Origin: Styela clava
Lineage: Eukaryota
Reading direction: 5' to 3'
Length of the DNA stretch: 64,000 nt
NCBI RefSeq assembly: GCF_964204865.1
Contig: NC_135251.1
Span: 18,538,001-18,602,000, forward strand
Part shown: piece after piece, positions 50,271-64,000 of the stretch
Numbering within the stretch: position 1 is the stretch's first letter
Layout: the number at the start of each line of letters is the position of its first letter
The notes under the pieces: model-generated
What the model was told of the DNA's origin: nothing
Databases searched by the model: none
Seen by the model: the letters and a program-made list of their open reading frames with translations, nothing else
Translations under genes and position numbers: made by a program

Positions 50271-53200
50271 CATAGCACCATGGCCTGGCCTGGCCCCGAT
50301 TTCTCCGTGGCCCGGCCTCAATTTCTCTGTGGCCCGGCCCCAATTTCTCCGTGGCCTGGCCCCATTTCAGTGGCCTGGCCCCAAAGCCACAAAAAAGTGA
50401 TCACTCCCTCTCCAGAATTGGGTGCATGAAGAGGTGGGCTAGACCACTTCATTGCCCAAACTAGAGCCTATTATTGCCAAATTATAGTCCAGATTGTAAT
50501 AATTATTTAAATCTATCAGTAACTTTATAAGTATGAGTAATTATAATTAATTAAGGTAGAAAGACAGGGTATAGGAATATGTTGGCTGCTAAGGTTATAA
50601 GGTTTTTTTTTTTTCATTCTTAGATATTGACTTCTGCAGGGATAAAGGAATTAGGAATAAAGGAATTAGTATTGTTATTTTACAGGATCATTTCTTCATT
50701 AAACTGTAAATGTAAACTAATATTTTTTTTTTTTTTAATAATAATAAAAAATAATATAAATCATTACATACAGATGAAACAGTATAAATTCCATAATATT
50801 TTTTAAACATTACTTTTCACAAACTAAATTCCAGTCAAACTTTATCTCCATAACACATTAAAATTAACCAACTCGATATGTAACAGCCGTATCTTTGTTG
50901 TTGTCGATTTCTACAAAAGCCAACCTTTGACCCCATAGAAAAATTTACAGTTTCAATCTTCTTCAGACCAGAGAGAGAGATTGAGTTATTTTATTTTCAC
51001 AAAACAATGTTAAAAAAATTATATTACAGATTTTTATAGAAATACAGTGGAGTGAATCTTTAAACATTGAATCGTGTTTGTCAGTATGCAAGACCTTTAC
51101 AGGTCACCGAGGCTACTGACCATTTTATTTACGTTGTGATCAAACTGTCAGTATGGGAGGGCCTTTAACAAGTGTCAATGGGCAACAAAGAGGGATTAAT
51201 TTGGAATTCATATTTTATTCCATTTTGTTCACTGATAAATGTTTTAAAAAATTGGCATTGCAGAGAAACTCTATTTGTTTGTAATACCTAAAATCGTCTT
51301 AAATAACCACTACAACAAAAAGATTGTTTGAAGAAGAAACCCGTTTTATTTTATTCAAACTTGGTATTGTAAAGGAGTTGAACAATTTCACCATTTATTA
51401 AATGGTAATGACCTATTTACATATTTTGAATTATCTCAACAATATGAAATTGAATATAGTCCGTCCGAATAGTCTATACAAAATATTATAAACTCATTGA
51501 TTGTATACCAGATGAATGGATGGATAGCCTTGTAAATTGTAATGTAGCTTTTCATTACATAGATAAAAATTCATTTAGATACACATTCATTAGTGAAATA
51601 TTAGTGTTATGGCGAGATAATTGCAACAAGAAATATATTGTAGATCGAATGACAAGCGATTTGCTCTACTGATAAAAGCAAGAGAAAAGTGGAATGTTTA
51701 TTCCTTCATTATTTGAAACAAATGCTATACCAATGTAGATTTTTTCACTATATAAACAAAACTCAGGTCTTTTCACATCAAATTATTTCATAGGGCAATT
51801 GTGTTAAATAATGTTCTATATGGATTCAATTTAGTAGCTTCAAATCTACGTGACTTGTGTAATGTACAAGTTGAGAATGTCAATCAAGATTTTATGAATG
51901 TAATTATTCATCAATATTCTGAAGGCAATTGAACCAGTGGGTGTATTTAAAAAGTTAATTTATTTTGTCTTCAGCTAGGTTGAATGTTTAATAAGATACT
52001 GTCAGAATTTTTTTGACATGATATGTAATTGTGTTTTGCTTACTGGCCGATTCGAACTATACGCATGTAAAATTAGTAAAAAAAATACCAAAGTTTAATA
52101 GTTTTTAAAAAAAAATTGACTTTATAAAAAGAATGAAAGAATGTTGATACTAAAGGACGGAAAAATACACAAACATAGAAAAAATGGAGAAATATTGGTA
52201 TTTCGAATATATGATAACTGGGGTATTGAGTAACAAGTAATTGTTATTATGTTGCATTCTCTATTACGTTTGTTCTGTAGTAATACTGCCATCGATAATG
52301 CAACATACGGCCTGCGGAATCTAATCACGTGGACCGAAGATACTTGGTATACCATTATTATAATAGGCTTTTTCGTATTGAACACGAAATGGATCAATGA
52401 GAGAACGGAAGAGATTTTTTTGTCGTCAACCAAAATAAAATAACAGTCGTCGTAATAAAAAAGAATACCAAGTAATAAATTAGTTTGGTATAGACAAGAG
52501 GGAGGGATACGACCACGCTGTCATCAAATTCAATTCAATTATAAAAATATATTAATATGAATCATTCATTTATGTTATGTTGATCTTGGTAGTACTTTTC
52601 TCTCTCGTGCTGTTGTGAAAACTACTGGACCAATTGCTTTGAAATTTTCAGTGGTTGAGGATTGTATTTTTCGCTAAAAGGCTATTACTTTTATCTATTT
52701 CGAGAATTTCTGTGGGCTTTATGGTATTCGTTTTACGTGTGCGATGGAAAAAATGGAATCGTGCATAATCAAAATGTGTTATTCGACATTTTATACGTTC
52801 GAGTTAATCAATGTGCTATGGTCGTAGCCGTAGGCAGATCCGGGCATTTTAGCGATTGGTCAGAGATTACTGTTTCTTGGTAGTGAGTACAACTGCGCTT
52901 GACCTTTGCTTTAGGCAGGAATTTTTATAAAAAAAAATTCACGGTTACCGCAAATACACGAAGAAAACTCTTGTAAAAAGACCATTGACTTATACCTAAT
53001 TTAAAAAAAAAGAACAATAACAGACGAAGCCACGAAAACGCGTCAACGTTGGGTGAAAAAGTCCTTGGGCGATTCCTCGATTTATTTTCTTGTTTATTTC
53101 CGTGACAATAACCAATCAGCAATAATTCAACGAATACGTAACAATTGGAATTTGTGGAGCCGCTGAGGCACCTTTTCGATGAAACAGAAACCGGTATATA

Positions 53201-53676
53201 TATATATAAATTATCTATCAGTTGTGTTTTGAGCAATTGAACCAGTTTGCAAGCGATAACCCGCAGAAACACTTCCAAATAAGCATCAAAAAATTTGCAA
53301 TTGTAAAGTATATGACAAATACTTCTGTGGTCAGAGGTCGGAGAAACATCCATCGTTTCATCACTGTTGTGTTGTAGATGATTGGCCATTGTTACGGAAA
53401 TAAACATTAAATTCTATATCCGGATAATTCGTTCAATCCTTATTCGGTGTTTAAATACGCTATGACTTGTTCTGTCTGAAAAACGACTATGATTTAACGA
53501 AAGCTTACTAATATACTTGCTTTTTCGCGGGATGAGTTTATGCTATTTTTATTCATTTATTGTCACAATATATACCATCTCGTTCAAGTATCCTTGTGGC
53601 AACTGAAACATGCGAATAAGAAGTAGGAAGTAAACAAGAAGAAAGGACGTGCAGTTCAGTACACAATACCCTAGCA

Positions 53677-53959
53677 CAGGTGTTTTCAAACTTTTGGTGT
53701 TACGGGGCCCGTGAAAAGGTTGGCTATTATTTACGGAGCCCCACAATAATATAATAAAAACACATTGTTACTTACCTGCCTTACTAAATGTTACTGAGTA
53801 TATTAAAATTACTTTATGTAATGAATCCGATGTATTTGCTGTTTTATTTTTAACGGATATTCAGTATTTTAATAAGTAAACGAATAGCTTGCGGAACCCC
53901 TATATAGGTTGCTCTCACGGAGCCCTGGGGCTCCGTATGGAGCACTTTGAGAACATATG
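53677..53959. mobile_element. hAT-type MITE
   Basis: Ends are CAGGTGTTTTCAAAC and CTTTGAGAACATATG. TSD is CCCTAGCA versus CCCTAGTA (7/8). A homologous empty site lies at ~60397-60500. Confidence 0.8.
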
Positions 53960-55496
53960 CCCTAGTACACCCTCCGTTTTAGAAGGGTTAAATATTTAAA
54001 TGTGCTCGAATAAGCGAATTTGTCTAAATTTGAGAAACTCTACCCCTTTAACCTTGAAAAAAGCAAAATATGCTAATATAGATTAACTGAGATTAGTGGA
54101 GATCGAAACAGTTTTTAACATAATAATGATTTTGAGTGAAATAATTTTTTTCCCCACAAATCGCCTCTATTTCAAAAATTGGAATGCTGACTTTACTTAC
54201 CAGTAATTGGGACATGCCCCCACCTTTCACGACTAGTAATGGTTGTATCATGACTATGGCGTGACACGACGTTTTATTACATCTTCGAGTTTAGTGTAAG
54301 ATTATTTCCTTCATTCGATGAACAGTATCAGAATTATTGATTTTCAGAATACGATTATTCCAATGAGAACTTTCGTGTATTTTCGAGCGACGATGGCACC
54401 AAATCGTAATGAACTTATCGTCACGCTAATAACCGAATTGCATAAGTCATTTTTAGCAGTTTTGAGAAAAACGTAAAAAACTTCCTAATGATATTGTTAT
54501 GCCATTGAGAGTCAATAATTTGCTATGGTTCAATTTTTTGATCGTAGCCGGATTTAAGTTAATTTGTATGACGCAGATATGTGATGACATAATGGGAAAC
54601 TGTGACTTAGTCAGAAATGTGTCTATGACTTGGGGACATACGCAAGTTTGCAACTTGACTATATGCACCAGTCCTGAAAACCAAACATTGCAAAAACGAA
54701 TGTAATTCTCAGTATCTACAATGTCTTATCCATAAAATAGCTAATCTGTTCCAATTACGGTATTTTATATGTTTAAAAATATAGATTTCCTCAATATAAC
54801 ACTCTCTGCATACCCACCGAAATAGGACTATAAAAGCCAACCAGGGTGAATTGGACTCGAACAGTGAATATCACAAGTGCACGCCTTCCTATACTGTAGT
54901 ATAAATTCAAATTTATGAGCGCTAAGCTATAATCTGAGATACAAAAACTCGAAAATACTTCGCCGAGGTTATTTTGGCTTTGTGACGTCCTGTCCTGCGG
55001 TAACAATTATAATTCATTATGACGAAACAATTGCACATATGTGCTTGTCATACAAAATCTCCATTTTTATGGATTTCGGAATTCTTAAAATAAAATCTGA
55101 ATTAACAGACAGGTGCGCAGCATTACACAAATACCTATTTTATAAAAAACTCAAAATCGCCAAAAATGACTTACGCAATTCGGTTATTAGCCTGACGTTA
55201 TGATAAGGATAAATCTGGTATATCGGCATTGTATCTGGTGAAATTTCATTTGCACAGTACGCATATCAGTGTCAATGTAAGTTGAATAAAATGGACTTCA
55301 CAATTCTCCAAGTAGCAAAAGCTATTAAAACTGAACTTCGTCGCTCCCGTCTTGGGCATGAGATTTCATCATAATAGGACGCAAGGAATTTTAACTGCAT
55401 CAAATACACTCTTCCCCGGATAAATAAACAGTTAAATAAACCTTCGCCGTATTTTTTCTTTTTATTTCACCTTTTTTAAGTAATATGATGAACATC

Positions 55497-55676
55497 CAGT
55501 GGTGGGACTCATATTTTATGTCAGCCGGTTCCATCACGAAAGTCATATTTTTCAGCCGGTTCTATTACAATCAGAACATTGACAGTAACCAGTAAAGCTA
55601 ACCGGTTCGCTAAGCTCATAAAATTCCGTGAGGCGGTTCTATAGAACCGGTGCGAACCGGCTGAATCCCACCACTG
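55497..55676. mobile_element. hAT-type MITE
   Basis: TIR CAGTGGTGGGA / TCCCACCACTG. TSD is TGAACATC versus TGGACATC (7/8). (A/G)CCGGTTC subterminal motifs are repeated. Confidence 0.85.
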
Positions 55677-56334
55677 TGGACATCTAAGAAAGCAAGAAGG
55701 ACACTGGGATCGATGAATAAGGTCCAAAGTTCTTGAACGGTAATTTCCAAGTGGTCAAGTATATTGTACCTCAAAATAACAATAGATTAAGCCATCAGTT
55801 AAAATAAGAAAAACATGAAGCGAAAACCGGGGGTTGACAGAGTGAAATATCCTCAAATAAACCACATAACTGTTATTTAGTTTAAGAGCAAATCGCCCCT
55901 GACCATGCATGGTATGAAGATTTCGACATTGACTTCGGGTTGCTCAATTCTGACATTTTATATGATAAAGCGTGCCTTTTTAGCTCACGCTTCTATCTAT
56001 CTGAAATCATTCTAATTTATACGCCTCTGATGACTGGCAAACATATTCAATAATCTATTATCGCTTTTACGGTGTTCATATGTTGTGGCGTCGCTCTTGC
56101 GAACTTCGTCACCTATATTCTTCATGCACGCAAGCGTAGGCCTAAATGTGTGCATGAATGACGTCGGTGCGTGTGTGCTGATACCGTGACAGGCGAGATC
56201 GATGAACGTCCGCGTGATGTAACCAGACTGAGGTAGTTTGTTATTAGCGTTCGAGCAGACAGTTTCACAGTTGCGAGCAGAAAGATCCGGAAATAATCGA
56301 GCGACTTATTCAATAGAATTTAGAGTTCGATGTG

Positions 56335-59300
56335 ATGTTTGGTAGGCATTTCACAAAATTTTTGATATTTGCTATTGTATTTAACGTTTTTCTGCTCGCG
56401 GTATTCTCAACGCTAAATTCGATATCCGTATTTAAACGAACTACATCAATCTTGAAGCCTGGAGTATCGGAACAGATTTTAGTTGTCGAACTGAATCGCA
56501 CAGAACCCTATATTGTACCGAAATTACACCAAAATCCGCAGGCTGCCTTACTGGAAACAGAGCCTGCTATCGAATTCAAGCGAATAAAATGGCCTGGCCC
56601 ATTTGAATTCAAAGGAGAGGAAATAATTTCACAAAGCTTAAAACTGGCCACCCAGAATAATTCAACCAACGTAACGGAGTATGTAATAGGCATTACAACG
56701 ATAACCAGGCCGGGGGTGAGTTATCTTCACAACACGTTACGGTCCTTAATTAATGGACTCGGCGACTTTAGGAATGTCACTATTGCTGTTTACATTGGCG
56801 AAGAAGAGCCAGAAGACGTCAAACTTATAGAATCTGGTCTTCAAGGGGATTTCGCAAGTGAAATATCCTCTGGTCTAATAAAGGTATGTTTGAGTTTCAA
56901 ATTGAAAAGTCCGAGTCTGCGTTACCATCCATTTTTTTAAGTTCTAGTGTATTTGAGTATGACTGCGTCAAATTGGTAAAACCGGTGTCAACAGGTAATA
57001 AACGTAGATATTGATTACTGTGTGAAATTACGAACCGCCTGGTATTTGATTACGATAAATACCCCTTTCCATGGGCAATTTAGCACGGTTCCCATAATCT
57101 TTATAGGCTCAAACTTTTAAGCTGGACATGTGCTACGCATACGCGAATCGCATTTGCAACAAACAGTATTCCTTTTGATACTTGTAAAATATTTACCATG
57201 GCATCATGTATGTGTATTTTGAGACCATGTTCCAAAACTAAATGTCTTTCCAGATCCGAACTTGATTTATATACACGCGTTGTCCTTCCCCTATCCCAGA
57301 AGTCGTAGCGTATAGGTTTATATAGAAATATCCGTTTGGCTCTTTGTAATTACAATAAAACGTTGATAATACGAATCGTAGCTATGTTTGCAACAAATCC
57401 CGTGTTTCACGCAAGAGAAGTATTTAAAACACTTCTGAATCTCCAATTGCCTAAATATCTTATTTTTTTGAAAATTTACGCTCTAATTTGGTCTCAGACA
57501 GTGAATTGCGAGGGCGTTTGTTTCCACGAGACCGATGCGCAGCGAAGCATCATATTATGCTAGCTTATCCTTACAGCTTTTGAGTAACCAACCATATATT
57601 TATCTAATGAAGGTTATATCACCGCCGGAAAATTTTTATCCCGACTGGAATGAAGAGTTGCGGCAAAGTTTTGGTGACTCCTTCCAGCGTGTCAAATGGA
57701 GATCAAAACAGAACTTAGACCAAATATTTCTCATGACTTATACCTACTACCTCAATCCAAAGTATTATATAATGCTCGAAGACGACGTTTTGGCCTCAAA
57801 TGATTATCTTTCAAAAATTAATGCGGTGAGTTGATGTGAAGTAATTGTTAAAATTTGTACAATTTGAATTTTATAAACATTTTACAATATTACTGTTTCA
57901 TTGTTGAAATATTTACCCATTTATTTATTTCTGACCAATCTAAAAATAAACTATGGCCGGATACATAATGTTTCTGTGACACAGAGGAAGTGAGTGTGAC
58001 AAGTTGAACTTTAATGAAAGTGGTACAAAAACGATACGCTATATTCATAGGACGAATAGTTGAAACCCTATCATATTTAGCTTATCGGTTGAAAATTTTG
58101 TCTAGAGTTCGTGAATAACCTGTTGACCAAATCACGTATTTTCGATCTACAAGAAACTTATGTTATACGACTGCGTTCAATTTATGTACACTTTGCGACT
58201 TTAGTTTAAACTTTCACTTGATTCTATCGGTATTCTATATGGTCCCAATTGTCATTTGGGTAGCCCCAACATTATATCAACATGACATGTACTGCCTACA
58301 CTGCTGTAATGAATTATGGATTATTCTGAATCCCGTACAGTCGCGTTTCCTAACAAAATTCACCGCAAAATTTCTTCACTGATGTCGTAAATTGCTTTAG
58401 ATTGATAGGTAAAACTGCACATACACATTTTTAGATTTAGTATATCTAATTCACTTTACAAAACAAATGTAGACATATTTGGTGAATTACATATTTTCAT
58501 TGAAATTCCCATGACTAATATATAATTAAAGGATGTCCGCCTGAACAAAGTTTTCAAAGCTTGACTTTACCATTCAATGTGTATGAGTTAATTATAAACG
58601 GAAAAGATTTTCGCAACATTTTGTCATCACATTTTCAAACAATGACTTTATATTTTAAGAGATTTTTCTTGATAATATTGTAATACTCAACTCATTTCCA
58701 GCTTTAATATAAGGCACATAGCTGCTGTCATTACCAAATTCCTAACTTGCAACCCATCTATGGGCTGTACCTCGAAGACACTTTTCACCGATGGCCCATG
58801 CAAGGAAGCAAATAAGGATCAACTATATATTGACTATTTTGGTTTTATTTTTTCTGTGCTCATTCGTTTCTGTTCATCATAATCGTGTGGTTGCCGACCA
58901 TTGTTTTATCAAGCACTCTTATCCCACAAGTACGTAACCTCGACATGGTATTGAGCAATAAAAATATTCAACAAAGTTTCAGCAATGGCCGGATGTATAA
59001 ATTAAGTTTGTAAAACTGATATGACCAAATAGCTGAATAATGTTGTTCCGTGTTATGCAGAAGAAATATTTTGCGAAAGCACGATCGTGATATATTTGTT
59101 AGTATCTTGTCTGGACACCATCTTTTTACACTAATGGAAACGCGTTTCATAGCAAAAAGAAGGAATAAGTATTACCCTACGAGTTAAAATATAAACGAGC
59201 TACGATTCCGTTCTTTGTTTGCATTGCGAATGAAATAATATCCGTCTAAGGTCCAAAGCGATTTTCTAACAGGCTATGCGGTATAGGTCCTCAATTTGTG

Positions 59301-61588
59301 CAAAGTAAACAATCCTTGGTTGTTTGCTTGCTCACATTTTAAATATCGCGGACTTTTGAATTGGAATTTGTCAATGTCTTCATGCCATGTATTTATAGTG
59401 AAACTATAGTCAACTACTTGACTGAGCAATGAAGAAATTTCGATTTTTTTATTCCACCGTAAAGCAAACTGATTTTACGAACAGTAAGCCACGACATAAT
59501 TGACTAATTCATAGATTTAATAACAAATTGATCTTACCTCCAAGCAAACTGATTGACGAACGGTAACCCGTAACACAATTAATGTGCAAACATGATGGAT
59601 ATACAGTAATTAATATTAAACTAATCTAAATTTATTCACTTTATGGATTACTAGCAAATCTATTTTCTATTAGCTTTTGCCTTCAACAAGAGAAATTGTG
59701 AACCAATAGCGTGCACCTTTAGTACGATATATAAGACTGTATGTACAGTAATATAATATGTTGGCGAGTATTTTTCATATTAACCGTAGATTGGGATTCG
59801 TATTTACAGGATGCAGAAGCGAGAGCGGACGAAAATTACGTTATGATTTCATATTGCCAACTTGGTGCCATTGGAAAGTTACTAAGAAGAGAAATTTTAC
59901 CTTCAATGAGCACATATTTTCGCCTTTTCTGGGCGGATAAGCCTCTCGATTGGCTCATGTTGGACTACATGAAGTCACGAGTCTGCAATGACAGCAAAGG
60001 TGACAAAGATTGTGCCGAGAAACTAAAAGAAATTGAAATTGTGTACAAGCCGAGTTTGTTTCAACATGTTGGATTGTAAGTATAATATAACAATTATAAA
60101 CCATAATTAAAAAGAAATACGTTTTTTAAACTCGTGTAGCGCATATTCAGTGGGTTAATTTTTTGCGTAGCTAGAACAAAATGATGCGATGTTTTTAATT
60201 TGTGTTTTCTGAAGTTTTGGAAATAAAAGTACTCCCCGTAATCTGACACCAAAATAAACGTAACTGTAAATTTCTTGTTCGTTCTGTAGGTGCCTTGCGT
60301 TGCTTTCTGAAGCACTTGACTATAGGAATAAAATAATGTTTTCCGCGAAACTTATCGCAAAGCCTGGGTTTCGTGGGACGACATTATTTATTACTGTCTC
60401 GTTCAAGTGTACTTGTGGCGACGGACATAAACGGATTCAAAATAGGAAGTAAACAAGGGGCAAATGTCTACAGATCGATACACAATAACCTAGTACCCTC
60501 TACCTTACTATAAGATATCTGGTTTCTGTAATTTGAATCCAATTCATTTGTTTCTGATGTTAAATTCAATTGACTATCTGTGATACTCAGGAGTATTTGG
60601 AGTCAAAAATACGCCTTGTTTTCAAGTTCCAGGCGTGTATTTGCGACGGTATGGTGCTTTAATAACAATATGTCGACGGCGCTTTGGTTGGTTTTGATAG
60701 TAAGGTTATGGTAATCATCATTGCTGACATTTATAAGATATCGGAAGTCAATTGCGCGGATGATAATATTTAAGCATCGCGCGGGACAAATCATGTACTA
60801 AGTTTCTAAGAGTACGATGAATGAATCGCGCTTCTTTTCACATATAATTTAAATAGTTCATACCTAACGATTGCCGCATTTATACCGCTGAACTCGCCTG
60901 TCCCTAAAAAATGATATGGTTTCGCTCAAAACGATAAGCATTCTGTAATTTCGTTGGTTTCCTTGTTATTGTTAACGCATATATGTGGCCCAAATTTCAT
61001 TGTAGGGTTGGCAAATAGAGCACTATTGTCATGTTGTCTGTCCTTCATTCTCAACCGTCATTTTCCCGTGGTCATTTCAGCTTCGAAAGAAATCTTATAA
61101 GCCCATAAAACGTTGGATAAAAATTTCGAGTATCATAAAAATGCAAAAGTGCCAATGATTTGTTCATCCTTGTGTCTATTTATAAGCTTGTCAAGTTAAA
61201 CTTCCACACCTTGGTTCAACGTCATATCATATTTGGGTAACTAACAAAATTTGGTCCTATTTCTGTGTTAGATTGGATTTCGTGTTGTGCCCGCATTTGA
61301 TGTCTAAATACTTCCAGAACTCAAATCATATGGTCTAGAATTGTATGACCCATTGAGGTCGCTACCGTTAAAATCAAAACTGCTGCCAAATGAAAGCCCG
61401 GTATGACCTTTATAGGGAGGCCATCATATAGCGATTGAGATCGTATTACCATCCCTTCGCCTCAGTTAATATTGAGGTAAAATTGTTTTTAATTTCTAAC
61501 AACCTTTACCATATGCCTATCTTTCGATAGAACGTCATCACTGGAAGGAAAAATCCAAAAACTGAAAGACAAAAATTTTAAACCGTGA
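56335..61588 (+). CDS. MGAT4: MGAT4-family alpha-1,3-mannosyl-glycoprotein 4-beta-N-acetylglucosaminyltransferase (GT54), 361 aa, no C-terminal lectin domain
   Basis: Exons: 56335-56883 (signal anchor; VIGITTITRPGVSYLHNTLRSL), 57613-57825 (FGDS..RVKWRSKQNLD; YYIMLEDDV), 59810-60075 (CQLGAIGKL; DKPLDWL; YKPSLFQHVG) and 61531-61588 (SSLEGKIQKLKDKNFKP*). Phases are consistent. Confidence 0.92.
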
Positions 61589-64000
61589 AGTTAGATGATA
61601 AAAGACCGGGACATAAAATAAAGATAGAAGAGAAGAGTCGCTGCGATGCAATCTGAAATTGCCCGATGGTGGTGATGATAATACATGAAGTAGTTGCTAG
61701 ACTATATCGACGAAAAATGAAGATTACGAAACAGGCTATGTGGGAATTTCATACCTCGTATATATAATCTGAGGTTTTACTGCCTAAGCTGATTGAAACC
61801 TCCTTTATGATAATATTTTCACGCTACCGAGAGATTGGAAATACATTTTTGTCGACGCTTGTTAACGCATTTCTAAAGAGTGCTCCCTCAAAGGGTTAAA
61901 ATTGACATTCCAGGACGATTGTAAGAAAATTTCATAGACCAGTAAGTATCGTAAACTCATACACCTAAATAATGCAGATGGATATATGAATCTATTAGCC
62001 TTTTTAACGGTAAACCTATTTGTCTCTAAATTCACATTACGAGAAAAATAAATGCTGTGAACACGACTCTTTAACAAGATCCCGTTGTCATTGTATAATC
62101 ATTAAATTTCTTTATGACGCGAAATCCAATAACTTTTGTTTGGCGTAGTTAAGTGAATGTGTTACGCGGTTTTGATCGAATAATGGGGAAAATAAATTAT
62201 TTCGGACCGTCGCTCAATGAAGAGCGTAGTTATGATGTCTTCATTGTTAAAATGCTTTCGTTATCTCTTCAGACATTGGTGCTTTGGGTTACCGCCTAAC
62301 CCGAAATTATTTGCCTAGCGCAAGCTCTTTTGTGGTGCTTCTTTGTTGGCATATTTTGCCATTTCCTCTTCCGCGTGCTCAGTATGAACCGTCATATTAA
62401 ATGAAATATTATACTTCGATATCCCATTTCATGCTTGGGCCATATTATGTTCTGTATAATGTCTGTCAAGTTATTATTGTAAATGTTTGTCTATGCATAA
62501 CTGTCACCGCTGTATCAAATAGTATGTTAGCTCTGTACAGTATGATAATGCTCTGTTTTAATATTTGTTAACATATATGCGCATGAATGTCTGTCTTTTT
62601 ACTTCGAATAAAGTGTAGAAAATAAGTTCCCAAAGTGAAATCTATTAATGATCGTCTGATAAAACACCAGATCAAGTCGTTTTACATTATGAATTCTGCA
62701 AATTTGCGCACATTGATCAGTGTTATTGTACCAGATTCAACGTAAAGTATCTCACAACAATGCATATTCGTATGTGGAACGAAGAGTCGATTCTAACATT
62801 CTGTGCCCTGTACCTCCATATTTACTCGTAGATTTCAGTCTGTCAACTCCAAACTATCTGTTCTTCACTGTTGGTATGTCTTGATAATAATGCCGGAAAT
62901 TGCAATAATAATGCAATAAAATTTACCATGTTTTAGTTCGTTTTTCTAGCTGTTTTATCAATCATTATAGACATCATTTTATGGAATAATTCGTTGCAAA
63001 CTGAGAATTTCATTTTGTATAAAACCACGAAGGGTATTTATTTTATGTTTAATGACTTTATCATCATCACGAAATCATTATTTTTATTAACCGTTACACA
63101 AACGGACATAGTGTTTTGCGAAATTGACCTTATGAAAATTCTAGATTATCAAACTATTTCGATATGGACACCTTGAACTAGCACGTGGGTTTTATATCTA
63201 CCTGAACTAAAGTTTATTGATTTTAACGAAATTGTAAAACAGTTCTATGCTTCAAATCATATTTTCATTATATGTCGCATGATGCTACTATTCTACATTT
63301 CCCTATATGACTCATTTGTATCTATATTCATATATATATATATCCACCAGTTTTGAATACATCTCGTATTACTGTGCATTTATGGGAACTATTCTGAACA
63401 TTTGTCGTTAAAATGACACACATTGCAAATAGCAACTCGAACGTAAATATATAACAAATAATGAAAATTGGTATAAAACAGTGTTTGTTCAACGTTTTGT
63501 TGGGTTTAGGTCAGTCCGTGTACAAAACCAATAAAGGGCATGTTCATATGTTTACGCTTTATTTTATTTTAACGATCGAATTCAGGTTACAGCACCAATC
63601 ATTAACTGAGATGGATAAAAACAAGAGAGCAATGCTCCTAGACATAGACACCACTGTCAAATAACTACATCAAAGAGCTTAACTTTTATTGGAAAATTAC
63701 TCAATTTTCAACAACGTACTCACACCCCTAATCGCTTCGCAAAAAAAAAATGTTGTGCCTCTCGTCAAGTGGTTATATGGATCTTTTTTTTTATCATTCC
63801 ATCATCTTGTTGTTCTTGTTTCATATATCCGAATATCGGGGCAATCTTAGGACCTCTAAAGTGGGAGGTTTTTTTATCGCGAACTGTGTACTGCGGTACC
63901 TGATCTGGTAACACGAAATGACTCGGATCAGCGCCTATTTCAATTCACGTTGAAACTGAATCATGGAGAATGGATCATCGTCACAGGATCTGGAAAAGCT

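Larger units (their letters stand above)
44724..50411 (-). mobile_element. 5.7-kb defective DNA transposon with ~135-bp internally repetitive inverted ends
   Basis: The inverted pair 44727-~44859 and ~50277-50409 is built from ~22-bp GGGGCCAGGCCAC(G/A)GAGAAA units. A 9-bp direct repeat CCAGAATTG flanks it (44715-23 and 50412-20). The terminal few bases are degenerate. Decayed exon-like segments lie inside. Confidence 0.65.

Noticed and set aside
52925-53407. 160-aa ORF on the - strand
   Set aside because: It has no recognisable domain and runs through a TA microsatellite and a poly-T tract. I could not support an exon chain, though it cannot be fully excluded.

Overview
AT-rich, intron-containing animal genomic DNA. 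It is probably an invertebrate chordate such as an ascidian, inferred only from gene content, compact introns and repeat style. I assembled six protein-coding genes by hand from GT-AG exons with consistent phases: (1) a 137-aa single-pass membrane protein with a Cys cluster, a PPxY motif and a PDZ-type C-terminus (-); (2) an 11-exon angiotensin/chemoattractant-receptor-like class A GPCR with a ~104-aa Ser/Thr-rich insertion in extracellular loop 3 (-); (3) an intronless doublecortin-like kinase DCLK (-); (4) the ciliogenesis GTPase CPLANE2/RSG1 (+), head-to-head with DCLK; (5) GPR137 (-); (6) an MGAT4-family GlcNAc transferase lacking the C-terminal lectin domain (+). Mobile DNA includes a 3.7-kb P-superfamily element with ~660-bp inverted arms, a perfect 8-bp TSD and a THAP9-like transposase remnant, a 5.7-kb inverted-repeat element with an internal 197-bp array, and many hAT, Tc2 and Helentron-type MITEs. 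No rRNA, tRNA or CRISPR was recognised. All homology calls come from remembered family motifs, not database searches.
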